Assembly: GCA_964187785.1 (NCBI GenBank)
Contig: OZ076413.1
Coordinates: 7,502,001 to 7,566,000, forward strand
Reading direction: 5' to 3'
Source: Amphiscolops sp. MND2022
Lineage: Eukaryota
Length of the DNA: 64,000 nucleotides
Shown: one piece after another, positions 22,836 to 36,263 of the stretch
How the letters are laid out: each line of letters begins with the position of its first letter
Numbering within the stretch: the stretch's first letter is position 1
The notes under the pieces: model-generated
Told to the model about the DNA's origin: nothing
What the model saw: only the letters and a program-made list of their open reading frames with translations
Database searches by the model: none
Made by a program: the position numbers and the translations under genes

Positions 22836-23981
22836 AGCTGCGGGCTGAAACGAGAGTTGTCGCGCGGAAAAAAAGCACCCGCACTTCCCCATAACACTTG
22901 CTTATCGCATGTGTAATCATAAGCCCCGGTTTTTACTTTTTTCAACTCTCATTTTTCATTTGCTGACACAGGGAGGATGTCAGAATCTTGAATAGATTCA
23001 ACTACAGAAATTCGGAACAATATTGACATAAACGAATAAACTCGCTAAAATTCCAAAAACTTACAAAAAAAGGTTCTTGAACATATAACCTAAAAGGACC
23101 CTTGTGCAAAATGGAAGAACTAAACAAACTTAAAGCCAGAAAATCTAAAGCGGGAGACCATTCTCTATTTCTCGGTTCATAGAAAAGGGAAAGTTTTCAG
23201 TTTGTCTAGAAGGGGGCACTTTAAGATCCTTGAAAAAAAACGACAGAATTATTCAAAACCAAAAAAAATCGGATACGTAATATCCCAATTAAATAAATTA
23301 TATGTGTAATTGTTTGGGTTCAATCAGAAGACGGTATCAGTACAGTTCATTTGGAGGTAGAAACTGCAGTGTTGGCTATAACAACCAGAACGAGAACCGG
23401 TCTGTGGAATGAAAATTTCCCCCAAAAAGTTGCAGAGTGTCGAAAAACCCAAAGGGAACCTTTCGAGTTTAAGGCTTTCTCTACCTGAAAAACAATCAGA
23501 AAACCTAAGGGGGACCCTTTTGAATGTGAAATAACTATACACTCCTATTAATTCATTACAAAGCACAATTAACCACTGTATCTGTTAACAACGCCTGTGA
23601 TTCTTCTCGGACTGAAAAAAAAAGACAATTACTACGTTCGCTTTCGTATAGCGTCCACCTTGCTGCTAATAGAATTAGACTAGCTGCTTTAAAAAACAAT
23701 TTTATAAATATAGTCTGGTCTAAAAAAGTTACGCACAAATATTGAAAAAGCCACTTCGCAGGGATTGGATAAAAATTCTGCCAGATCAAACTTTCGCAAT
23801 AAAATTCAAACAAAATTTATCAATTCCACAAAAAATCACCGTCTAACATTCAAATCTCAGTCCAACAAAAACTCCACAAGCTAAACTGTTAATGCTAGAC
23901 AGATTGCTCCCGAAAATCTCTTCTATGGAAAAGGTTCAGATAAAAAGCCTTTGTTTAATTATTGCTTAGTCAAGTCAAAAC

Positions 23982-24880
23982 TAGGGGTGCTCAAAAATTG
24001 ATGGTACGGCTCTTTTCTGTTTCCCCCCCCCCCACCACCAAAAATTTTGAAATTAACTTTCCTTAAAAACTTTAGACTGGCCTAATTAAAAGTAAAACCT
24101 TCTTTCATAACGGGAAGTTAACTTGTATTAGAGTAGTTTTCCGTTTGAACAAAACATTTTTCACACATTTTGACTATAATTATGTTCGTATTAAGTGTTT
24201 ATTGATGGCTCAAAACAGGAAGCTGTTGATTTCTTCATCAAAAATGCGTGACTACATATTGAAAAAGTGTGAACAAAGTTTGTATCTGAATCCTAAACTA
24301 TCACCCTGAGAATAAATTTAAAATTGAAGCTTTCTGGTTTGTATTCAAGTCTATTTGTTATAAGATTTTCACTAATTTTCCAAAAAAAAATTTTGTGGTG
24401 GGGGGGGGGAAACAGAAAAGAGCCGATGGTACTTCCAATTAATTGCATACAATTAATTGATTGAGAATTTGAAACCAATTAGTGAATTGATTTTTGGGAC
24501 AAGCAATTAATTGCAATTGTTTCAGACAAATACATGTAGAAGGCATCAAACTATCTCGAAAAATGGAAAAATCCTCGAAAATTATTAAAAATGGCTACAT
24601 GGATTCACGATTTCTGTTGCCAACCTCAAACATGGTTGAAAGATTTTAGTGATTACAGGCAACGGCTGACACCAGCAAATCTTGAGATGCAACTTTTTCT
24701 GAAACTGAATAGAAAATTCTGGGACGAAGTACTTGTGAGCGAAGTGTGCGCTAGTGTTAAACATTAATGCAATTGTAATTGTTGTAATTAATTGATTGCC
24801 TCTGATAAGTAATTGCAATTAATTGATTGTTTCCTGAATAATTGATTTTTTGCCTATCAATTAATTATTGAGCACTCCTG
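23982..24880. mobile_element. hAT-like MITE containing a nested Merlin-like MITE
   Basis: TIRs TAGGGGTGCTCAA / TTGAGCACTCCTG; perfect 8-bp TSD GTCAAAAC. Confidence 0.85.
24008..24424. mobile_element. Merlin-like MITE
   Basis: TIR GGCTCTTTTCTGTTTCCCCCCC / GGGGGGGAAACAGAAAAGAGCC; perfect 8-bp TSD GATGGTAC. Confidence 0.85.
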
Positions 24881-25958
24881 GTCAAAACTAGCTTCTCTGT
24901 CGGTTCGAACGAAACGGTGACTGGATGTATTGGAAGAACGAATCAAAATGATATGTCACGGTAGAATTTAGTATTTGAATAGGATCGTGGCGGTAGAACT
25001 GTAAGATATGAAAACTTTCGACAGCCACCGCTCGTCAAAATTTGTATAGTGAGAAAGTTCGTCGAAGTAAACACCCAGAAAATGTGACTTGTTCAGTTTC
25101 ATTATTTTGAGAATTTCTCAAATATTGAGAGAGCAAACTCTTTATCACCTTTGAGCAGTTCATGACCTATCAAATTTGCTCGAACAAAGTAAAGAATGTC
25201 GCTCTTCAAATAGATGACGCTCGCCGAGCTTTACCGAAAGCCGACTATGTGAAAAAAGAAACAAGGTTCAAATACCATTATGTGGACATCGTTGGCGATG
25301 AAAACTCGGTCCTCTAGCATAATTATTGTCGACATAATACTATCGGATCTTTTCTGTTAATTCCCACCCCCACAGTAAGCGCATAAATTTTAATTCCCCA
25401 CCACTATCAGCGATGTTTCAGTTGCAGTTAGAGTTATAAAATACTGCAATTTGATTGGTTGTTACTATTAATTCAGTGATAATTTCACTTGACCGCTTAA
25501 CTGGGGGGGGAATTAAATTGGTGGGGGGGGGGAATTAACAGAAAAGATCCATAAACATAAAAGATTGTATTTTATGGCACTAAATTCGGGTTGAAGCAGG
25601 TGTGTTCAATAAATAATTATGGGTCAGAATAATTATAATGAATAAAATATTTTATTTTTACACTCAAATGGATAAAAATAATCATTTTTGGACCTGTAAA
25701 AATAGAAATAATTATTCCTGAGATAACTAAAACTAAGAGCGTTTAATTTAACATATCATCAGACGATTAAATTCGAGATTTGTTAACCATATCTAGATCT
25801 CGGGAGATCACCGCCTCAAACTTTACCAATTCATACTGCCTTCAAGTCTTCTCGGATTGAAGAAAATGTAACTACTAAGCGTATACGAAGTATCGCATTC
25901 GCTTTTGTACATTCTCTCGCTTCATCTCAATGAATTCGGCATACGAAGGCATAATTAC

Positions 25959-27200
25959 CAGATGTGTGACAGCGACAGCGATTGGCGGTAGCGATAGCGA
26001 CATTTTGGCCTAGAACGGTGTCAGCGACAGCGAGCGGAAGACAAACGTGAACAGCGGCATTCAGCGGTAGCCAATCAGATTGCAGAGAAATGAGACTGGT
26101 GTCTATGACGTAATCCAGTAGTAGGCTCACGGTTTCAATAGCTTGACGTTTCAGATTCACATGCAATTGGCCATTTCAATTGAACGCGCCTATAAAAGAA
26201 CACGTGCGCAGTACGTTACGCAATATTTACCTACATGTTTTGTCCATGTTAAGTAAGTTTCGCATTCTTTTGCCGTTTTCGGTAAAAACATGCCAAATTC
26301 AACAAACCAAGAAGAAACCAGTTTTTTAATGAGTTTTTGACCAAAATAAACAAAATTACATCCAAAATAATGGTAAATAATAAGCGAAAGACCTTTCTCT
26401 TCAGAATATCATTAAATTTTATTTGAAAATGAATATGCTGAAATGTTCCAAGAAAAGTAAGTGGAATCTCAAGACACATTACGAAAACTGTCACAAAACC
26501 ATATACGATGAACTCCTCGAACCGCCCGCCGAACAGACTACCTTAACAAACAATGGGGGTGCTATTGGAGAACATTTCTCTCATTCTTCACTCCAATTTG
26601 TGAAAGACCTACAGCCGAAAACGTTGCGTCGCGCCTCAGGAGACAATGATTACAAATCACATGAAACAGGAGGAGGCAGATGTGATACAGATTGCCAATG
26701 CGGCGCCTGCGAAAAGGCAGCCACAAATTTCGCTACTAGAGTCTGACTCAAACGGGTCAATGGAGCTGCGGACAATTTCAAATTTTGAGACAGTTTGGTC
26801 GGGTTTTCTTTTATGTTTACTCGCCAGTGTCTAATTCGGCAATTACGGAATATTGGTCTTTACAAGAATCTAATCCAATGACGATACTACTGCAAAATGT
26901 TCTGGGGTCCTTGCCAAGTGATGCAGCCGTGGGACGTCTCTTCTCTGTTGCGGGCGATATACAACGGCCCAAACGCGCCAAATTGTCTTCTGAAAACTTA
27001 TCAAGATTACTTTTGATTAAGTATATATGTAATTGAAATTATTCTTAGAATTAAAAACGCATTTTTATACTAGGGGATAGCGATTTAGAGAAATCCTAAA
27101 TAGCGGCAGCGATAGCGGCACCCAAAAAAGCGGTCTTAGCGACAGCCCAAAGTTGAGACGATAGCGAACAGCGGTTTTGGGGGCCGCTGTCACACCTCTG
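25959..27200 (+). mobile_element. Internally deleted hAT transposon (BED finger and dimerisation-domain remnants)
   Basis: 16-bp TIR CAGATGTGTGACAGCG / CGCTGTCACACCTCTG; perfect TSD ATAATTAC; CSKKSKWNLKTHYENCHKTIYDEL (BED-like) and LPSDAAVGRLFSVAGDIQRPKRAKLSSENL (hATC); subterminal AGCGA repeats. Confidence 0.9.
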
Positions 27201-28249
27201 ATAATTACTCATTTCACTGCACGAAAAATGAATTCTCGTCGGCGGCTCGCCAAATTTTAATCTCACGCTTATACTAACTGCCGAACAAAATTTCTGAATC
27301 TTTTTCATTAGGTACTCGGATCACGAACAGAAAAAAACTTCGCCTCCCGATTTCTATATTGTTCCTGCTGTCGCACAAAAAATAATCCGGGAACGGCTCA
27401 AGTCGGCGCCTCATTCAAGGTTCAAAAAATGGAGTATTTAAAATATGCAAAAAGACACTTTTGTAAAATATTTATCAACTTTACAGTGCAAAAAATACCC
27501 TGAAGAATACGTATAAGACTCGATAACCACTTTTTTCCAGTAAGACTTTCAAAAAACAAAAAGTGAGACTGACTTGTTGATTCTCGTATTCATGATGAGA
27601 ACTACAAACGAGCCGGGAACAGCCACGCTCAAGGTTCAAAAAAGTAGTTTTTATTTTTTTTACATATGCAAAAGGACACTTTCTAAATGTCATCGATTTT
27701 ACAGTGCAAAAAATACCCCGAAGAAGACGTATAAGACTCGATAACCACTTTTTTCCAGTGAGAGACTTTCAAAAAACAAAAAGTGGAGAAAAATGTTGAT
27801 ATTCCGAAAAAATTTTTGATGAAGGTCTCCGGTAAGTTACATAGTGCCGAAAATCGAAGGGAGTCCACTAAAAACCGACTTGTTGATTCTCGTATTTATG
27901 ATGAGAACTACAAGCGAGACGGCCCCGCTCAAGTAGTTTTTGTTTTTTTTTTACATATGCAAAAGGACACTTCCTAAATGTCATCGATTTTACAGTGCCA
28001 AAAATTAAACCAAGGGGTACGCATGAGACTCGAAAACCACTTTCTCGTCAATTGGAGACAACAAATCTTTATAATTCGATACTTGAAGAGCAGAAGATTT
28101 AGCAAATGGAGATAATTTTATTGGATCCAATTTACCGCAACAATGATGATGAGTCAAAGATTACATAAGAATATTGATGAATCAACTTCAGAATGAAATT
28201 TTATAAACTTGGTTTTGATGGGAAATGACTTCCAACACCCCTCCTCAAT

Positions 28250-29329
28250 TCATGACGCAAAAGACAACTTTGACACGAAATGTTTGAATTTTATCCCATT
28301 CAAGACTTTGGTGAACACGTCGGCTATGTTTGAATTCGTATCCACATAGAGAAGTTCTGCAGAACCATCCTCGAAAAACTGTCTGCAGAAATGATACTTC
28401 AAGTCGATGTGTTTTGATCTCTGGGAAATTATTGGATTTCGTATAAAGGCCATTGCAGACTGACTATCTGTGTAAACTGAAACATTATCGACGTTTGATT
28501 GAATACTGGTGAGAATATTCTGAACAAATTTGATTTCTTGAATCAATAATGTCAATGCTATGTATTCAGCTTCACACGTTGAAAGTGAAATCAAGGACTG
28601 TTTTGAAGATCGCCAAATCACTGGCGAATAATTTTCGTTTAGTTTAATTAGGACTCCTGAAATTGATTTCCGATCCTTTTGAGATCCCCAATCGGCATCT
28701 GAGTAACAGAGGAGATTGTTATTACCAGAACTATCTTTTGAATACTTCAAGCTGAATTTTATAGTTCCTTTGAGGTAACGCAAAAGTCTTTTAGCGGCAC
28801 CAAAGTGTGTTTCTTTTGGACAATTATTGAATTGAGCTAATCTGTTGACGGCAAAAGCTATATCAGGTCGTGTTAAAACAGACAAGTAAAGCAACGAACC
28901 AATTACATTTCTGTACAAATTTTCATCAAATGGTTTTGAATTTTTATCAAATTGCACGTTCGACTTTGGGTCTTTGGCTACTCTGCAGTCACTCATATTC
29001 CATTTTTCAAGTAATTTGGAAATATAACCCTCGTGAGAAATGGCAATTGTTCCATCTTTCATTTGAACTTGCATGCCCAAAAAGTTATTAACTCCTTTAT
29101 CATCTAATTGCAAAAATTTTCCAATTGAACTCTTAATCTCCGAGGCTTCATTGTCTTCATTAGTAAAAATGAGTATATCATCAAACCAAGATAAATATTG
29201 ATTTCTTTTACCAATTCGTCGGACAAAAGGACAAGGATCTTGTTCAGATTTCTCGAACTTGAGTTGTTTTGTTAAAATGTCCGCTAAATGTGTATACCAT
29301 GCGCGACTTGCTTGTTCAAGACCATACAA
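28250..29329 (-). pseudogene. Copia RT C-terminal half and RNase H
   Basis: YGLEQASRAWY, WFDDIL (YVDD equivalent), RPDIAFAV, YSDADWGS, SKHIDLKYHF. Confidence 0.9.
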
Positions 29330-30421
29330 ACATTTTTTTCAATTTCCAGACTTTGTCTTCATACCCCTCCTGAATGGAGCCGGGAGGTTGTTCCAGATAG
29401 ATATTATCCTTTATTGGAGAAATGAGAAAGGCTGTTTTGACATCTATTTGATGAATTTTCATTGAATTTTTAGCTGATAGTGCCAGTTTTGATTCGTAAG
29501 ACACGTATTGTTGAATGTGACACAGTGGGTGAAAAAGTTTCAGTGTAATTTTCACCATAAACTTGTGAATAGCCTTTCGCAACATAACGGGCTTTGTGTT
29601 TTGAAATTGAACCATCTGGTAATAGTTTGGTAACAAAGATCCATTTGCCTTTTATTAAAGTAAAATCTTTTGGTTTATCCACCAAATCAGAAACACCAAG
29701 TTTTTTAAGTGAATCCAATTCGGAATTTATCGCTTGTTTCCAACTTTCACAGTTCATTGAATTCATCGCATCCGATTCAGTCAAGGGATCTTTTTCCTCA
29801 GAGTGACACTGAGAAGAAAACGTGAAATCTGTTATTTTCTGCGTGTCAGGAAACTGAATGCCAAAACGTTGCCTAAACGTTCTGGTTTTTTACTTGCTTT
29901 TTTCAGGAGATGTTGCTTGGTTGACAAGATTTTCATTATCAGTGAGAGAGGGTAAGAGAAGAGATTGTGTACTTTCGGTATCTGTTAATTCATCCACATT
30001 TGCTATAGTAGGTACAATAACAGGATCATTAGTACCATCTTGACTGTTGGAAATTCAGTATTCTGGTTATTCACTACAGCCTGAAAAGCAAATGATCGAC
30101 TGGAATCTTTTGACACCGAGTAATAAAATTGTTGTTCGTCAAATTTGACATTACGACTACAGATGAACCGCTTTTTGATTGAATACAGAATATAACTCTT
30201 ACTTTCCCAGTCATATCGACGAAATATCATCTTTTCTGGTTTTGGGTCAAGTTTACGTATATTGACTATTAGACATAGTTTTGGTATAAGCAAGGCAACC
30301 AAAACGCCTTAAATGATATACAGTATGTTTCTTGTCGAAGAACATTTCGTAAGGTGTTTCGTCTGAATTGTTACCTTTTGTTGAACAACGATTTCGAATA
30401 TAGCAAGCTGCCAGAATCAAA

Positions 30422-30526
30422 TCTCTCAGAATCAAATCTGAAAGACATCTTTTGGGTTCGAGCTGCTGACACAGTGTGTCAGCAGCTCGAACCCAAAAGT
30501 TGTCTTTCAGATTTGATTCTGAGAGA
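30422..30526. repeat. 105-bp near-perfect palindrome within the Copia integrase
   Basis: 52-bp arms (30422-30473, 30475-30526) with one mismatch around a 1-nt centre. Confidence 0.95.
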
Positions 30527-33525
30527 AAACATCTTGTCATATCACAAACTGTTCGCCAATAACGCTCCGCTACTCCGTTTTGGAATGGACTGTAAGGTGA
30601 AGTAAATTCCTGTCGAATACTTCATTTATGCAAATTTCACGAAATGCTTTACTGGTGTACTCAGTTCTATTATCAGAACGAAGAGATTTGACATTTCCTT
30701 TGCCGACGTAAGCAAGATATTCTTTGAACTTTTCAGGAAGTTCTGATTCCTATCTCATGAAATATAATCTTGCAAACTTTGTATGATCATCTATGAAAGA
30801 CACCATGTAACGTTGATTTTTCAAAGACTTTGGAAAAAGTCCACAAATATCGGAATGAATTAGATCAAACTTTTCCTTCGAACTATCACGTGATGCTTTT
30901 GGAACATTCTCTATTGTGCTTTTATTAAGTGCACAAGGTTGACAAGGCTCCCTGTTCTCAATGCTAGAAAAAGTTTCAAGACCATAGACGGAATAGTCGT
31001 TTTTCATTTTTCTTAACATGCCATTTGAGGCATGTCCGAAACGCGAGTGCCACAAAGTATAACTGTAAAAAACTTTTGATTCAGTTTGAGCTAAAATGAG
31101 GTAATATAAATCGTAATCACAAAACAGCACAATTTTTTCTTTGTTTCCACTAATGAAATAACTTTCTTTCGAAATAAAGAGGAATAAATTGTTCTTCTCA
31201 ATTTCTTCATTGACAGTAAGTCGAATGTATACTCCGGAACATAAAGAGCTTGCTCAAGATTTATTACAACATGTTTACCATTGGCATCTACGATATCTAT
31301 CTTCGCTGAACCAATGCCATGAATTTCTTGTTTCGAAAAATCTGCATTGGAAACATATTTAACAGGAGAAGGCTTGTTGATTTCTTAAAAAAAAACTTCG
31401 ATCAGTTATAATATGATCGGCACAGCCACTATCAATCAATAATTTGTTCTCACAATTATAGTGAGAAGAAAGAACTAGCTTGTCATCGCTCTTCGCGAGA
31501 TCAGAAACAGCTGTTTCCTGTTTGGGTTTGTGCAACTTGCCACCAGGTGCAAAACAATTTTCCGTTTTGTGATTTGTTTTTCCACTATTAGCACATTTGT
31601 AAACTGGTTTGTTTTTCTTGTGTTTGTCAAAATGAATTTTGGCAACTACGCCATTCGAATTTTCTTCGATGGTTAAGTCTGCTCGGTAGGCACAAAGATT
31701 TTTCAATCAGTTTGTTCTTTAACTCGTTATAGTCATTTTTTTTCGAATTAAATTGCTGCGTTAAAAGACTCGAATTCTTCAGGTAAGGCTTAAGAACTGT
31801 CGCAATTTTCAAAATTTCACTAATTTCTCTAGCGGAGTCCAATTTGAATATCAAAACATCTAATCTAGTTAGATAACATGAAACGGTCTCAGCGGGTTCA
31901 ACTCACCGAGTCGATGAACTGCTTCCACAACGAAAGAATCTGCGACACTTTTATTTGCCCAAATTTTTCATCCAAATACGCCCATACTTTGATACCATCG
32001 TTTGCTCCAGAAGAAATGACAGCTTGCAGTAGAGAGTCATCTAGATGCATGACCAACTCATGATAGATTCACATTGTTTGCAGCTCTTCTTTCTTCAGTG
32101 ACATCATCTTGGTTTATTTGTATGTTCTTGGTTAGTAAATAGGCACTGAATCTTGTCTTGTTTTTCAAGTTATGAAATTCTCTGTCCTTCCGTTGAATAT
32201 GAAGTTTTTTGGTATTATCGTTTTCCATTTTCAGCCGGGCTCAATAACCTTTTAGAATTCGATACTTGAAGAGCAGAAGATTTAGCAAATGGGGACAATT
32301 TTATTGGATCCAATTTACCGCAACAATGATGATGAGTCAAAGATTACATAAGAATATTGATGAATCAACTCAGAATGAAATTTTATATATTTGGATTTGA
32401 TGGGAAATGACTTCCAACACAAAACCTCTCAAAAAACAAAATCGAGGAAAAAAATTTCGAAATTTTTTTGAAAAATTCTATGGTCTCCGGTAAGTCGCAT
32501 AATGCTGAAAACCGTACGGAGTCCTATGCTCGCAAAATGTTGTTTCTAGCAAAAATCGAGGGAGGGTTCGATAAAAACGAATTTTAAACAAGTCGCATGG
32601 AAAAAACGCCGGTCTGAAAAAAGTTTGGACATAGCGTGCTGAGAAAACCTGAGACCCTTTAGTCTCGTCCTCTTTTGCAAATGCACGAAAACGTTTCTGG
32701 TTGAAGCAGGGACTCGAAACCGCGACCACTGGGTTCCCCCTAAACCTATTGGTAGAAGTTACAAGTTATTAAGCAACAGCTTATCAAGCTTGTAAAATCT
32801 GTCAGTTCGTTGGTCTTCAAAAAGAGTCACTATAGTCTGCTTTTTCGATAGCACCTACTCAAAAAGCGCCTTAGCTATTAGCGGAAAAATTAGCGATGTC
32901 AAAACCCTGATAGAAGCTAACTTCCTATCATAGAAGAAAAGTTCACTTTCAATTTTGATTTTGAAAATTTTAATAGTGGGGACGGCAGAACACAGAAAAG
33001 AGCCGAGCTCGCTGAACAAACAGCCAAGGGTTATTACTGGTAAACGTGAGATCACGGGAAAGCTTCTGGGCGTTAAATCCACACCCGCTTTTTTAAATTC
33101 AATTTAAGTTCTTATTTCCAGTGAAGAACCAGAAAGAAAATTGTTCTAATTTCAGTCCCTCTCACATGAATGATTGAGAAAAAATTGACTACGATACTTT
33201 CATTTTCATTGATTCTATTTCTTTAGTCTGATTTCCACTCTCTTTAGTTGACACTAAAAACTTCAACGCAAGAACTAACGAAACAAAACATAACATCACA
33301 AAACTTTCCTCTCTATTTCAGTACAAATTTTCAAAACAGAAACAAAAACTCAAACACCTAAAGTTTTCAATGAGTACTTTAGAAATCAAGTAACTACTCA
33401 GGATATCTAAATGAAAAATCAAACTAAGTTATGACTCAACGGAGATGAAAAAGTCAAGAGCCAATGAGCTTCAGATCCACGATGACCGCATGTATGGCAG
33501 GAAACAATAGCAACGGAAGTTGGAT

Positions 33526-34668
33526 CTACTGGTTCAAACCGGGTTCTTGTTTGGGCACAACTTGTTCAGCTTGGCTCATTGGGGTAGCGTTGGGTTCACT
33601 GAAGCCCGAATCATTCAGAAATTGATTGGTGGCCGCGTAGTCCTGGGGTTCGTTCTTGATTATCGCCGTTTCTCCTGCGCTCAGTGAGGTCCAGATAAAT
33701 GAAGATACAAATACTGTTAACTTATATGTGTTCTATACATTGAGCCGAATGATGATATATAAGATATATAAAGCTGGCTGCGCTAATGTGAATAAAATAA
33801 GGCGAATACATACCGTATTTCTTGAATACAGGACGCGGCTTGTAATTTTTCCGTGGTGACTTCACGGCCTATATTCGAAGTAATGCGGTAAGTTATCCCA
33901 TTTAGTATAGCATTTTCAGGTTTAATGCGGCTTCTATCCAGGGCGGTCTATATTCGGAGGTGACTTTTATACGAAGAAATACGGTACTGTAGTTCAGAGA
34001 ATGACAGATAATATCAGTTAAGTCAAGAAATCAAACGATCAAAAACAGGTAGTTTAAAATATGAAGAAAATATAAAGGAAAGTCCTTTATAGTTCTTTCA
34101 TATTTTAAACTATTATCTGTGTTTGATTTCTTGACTTACCTAATATTATTTGTCGTTTCCTTCAAGGTAATATGGAAAAAGTCGCAGAGTACCGAAAAAC
34201 ATAACTTTGCCATTGCAGTAAGAATGTGAAAAAATAAAAAACCTTTTGAATCATTTTTGTGAAACAAAAAAGTTCGAAAAATGTCAATTAGTGGAGAAAA
34301 ACCCACAGTTTTGTAATTGGAAAAAAAATGTCAAAAAAGTTTACATATCGAATTATTGAAGAGGACTCTGATAGGGAGCGAGATGAAATAATGATTCTCT
34401 AAACATCACTGCCTGTGGAATTCATGTACTCGGGGGCCAATTCACATTTGACTGATGGGAACGAAGAAGTATTGGCACTTGCTGAGGCACTGGCGTCCAC
34501 GATGCCATTGAACTTCATACTCCCCCCACAGTGCGAGCCGTCCTGATTGACTATGACGTAATCGCTTTGTTTGGGAGAGAGCAATTGCGACTTTTCTATT
34601 TTGAACGAGAATGAAACCATTCGCCCAGACAGACCTGATTGCTGACCATACACATTGCTGTTGTCCAT
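33526..34668 (-). CDS. Orphan SUMO-motif-rich protein, paralogue A (exons 34668-34413 and 33674-33526, putative GC-AG intron)
   Basis: Strong similarity to 54638-55048. Removing 33675-34412 gives YMNSTGETAIIKNEPQDY, colinear with YKVGTDETPRIKNEPQDY in paralogue B. Confidence 0.6.
33682..34411. mobile_element. Old hAT-like insertion forming the intron of paralogue A
   Basis: Minus-strand ends CAGTGATGT ... ACCTCACTG (8 of 9 inverted match); 8-bp flanks TCCACAGG / AGCGCAGG. Confidence 0.5.
33811..33986. mobile_element. Tc2/pogo-like MITE nested in that intron
   Basis: TACCGTATTTCTT ... AAGAAATACGGTA with TA ends. Confidence 0.75.
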
Positions 34669-36263
34669 GATGAGTTGCAAAAACGATGATTAATACACAC
34701 AGGGGTAGTAGGTTTTTGAAGGAGACAAAAAACTGAAATACTCGGTGAAACTCATTAAAGTTCAAACATCAATGGCTAGAGAGCAACTGACAACAGTAGA
34801 GAATAACGTGAACTCAATAGAAACCGAGTGAATTCAATGGAAACAATAATTCTGCAACTGTGGAAAAATTCTCAATAAATTTCAACTAATAGGCAAAAAA
34901 CTTTTGCACGGCCGAGGGACGCGTTTTCGTGACGTAAGCGTGTTGGGCCACATGGGAGCGCTTTTTTTCGAACATCGGCCTCTTCCTTAATAAAACGCCA
35001 TTTAATTCGGATATAAAATGAAATTCGAATATAGCGCAACATTTTTTGAACCTCCACTTTTTCTGTAGTCGAACGCAAAAACGTCAGATATAAATGAAAT
35101 TCGGATAGTATTGAAAATAATTGTTGGATATATATTGAAAAACCCTAAATTCAGACGAAAAATGAGAATTTTGAAACAGTCTCATGGTGCCGAAAAAGTA
35201 AAAGGGGACCCTTTGGACTTTTTTAAAATCAGATTTGTTGCAAAATATCAAAAAAAACTGAAGAAAAAATCTTTGGAGACAAAAAAATTTTCGGAATGAA
35301 ATCTCAGTGTCGAAAAAAAATCGGTGACCCTTCAGTCTCGTCCGGTTTTGTATCTTACTTTAAAAATGGGAGTAAATGAAAGGGTGACCCTTTGCACTAA
35401 CTTAGATGTGTTTCCGTTGGCCGGTCCAGCAGTTAAGTAGTTTCTGTTAAAAAGTGCCTATGTTATGAAACCGCTAATCAGCGATTTAGCGAATTAGCGG
35501 CCGCGCAGATTTTTCAGCGATTTAAATTAGTGGCAATTAAAAGATTGCCCCAATCCAAAAATTCCTCCGAGTATACACGCAGTTTCAAAGTGAATTTCGA
35601 AAAATTTCAACTCTTGCCCACACAGTATGAAAATCCGCACAGTCTTTTTTCTTGCAAAAACTAATTTAGTTATCATTTAATTTTGAAAATTACCTCAAAT
35701 CAAACATTCAATAAGTTGGAGAGAAAGTTTTTCAGCGAAATAGCGATTTTGAAATGAGCGGTTTAGCAATTATTGAAAAAATAACGTTGTCAAAACCCTG
35801 CTCTCTATAGCTGTTAAAAGTCAACTGCAGCTAAAAAGACGGACGAATAACAGATGACTGTTCAGCCGTAACTGACGATTGGCTACGGACGCTAGCTACT
35901 GAAAAAAAAGATGAATTCTAGCATTTTATTATTCGCTCTCACTTAAGAGTATTAATGATAATCGAGCTCGCGAAAAATAAGTAATAAATATAGCACCAAA
36001 ATGGGAATCATTGAATTTCAACTAAAACTAAATTTAATTTAATACGGAAAATATTGAGCATCTGTAGAAAATATATACGTTCGGCATGAAAAAGAAACCA
36101 AAACAACTTTTAAAGGAAAGGAAATAGATATCAGATTCTATAAATATACGGAGCCAGACAACCAAAAGCCTTAAAAATTTCACAGTTATCATTCCTTAAG
36201 ATAACAGTATTGGTTCCCGCAAATTTTATCGTGTTTCTGGGGAGTTTAGAAAAGAGCCGAACA

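Larger units (their letters stand above)
28071..32419 (-). mobile_element. Decayed Ty1/Copia LTR retrotransposon
   Basis: LTRs of about 166 bp (28071-28237, 32254-32419); PPT GAGGAGGGG; PBS GGTTATTGAGCCCGG. Frameshifted gag knuckle (CANSGKTNHKTENC), protease LIDSGC, GAG-pre-integrase WHSRFGH, integrase IHSDICG, RT HKARYVAKGY and QIDVKTAF, RNase H YSDADW...EAEY...KHID. Left LTR boundaries are approximate. Confidence 0.92.
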
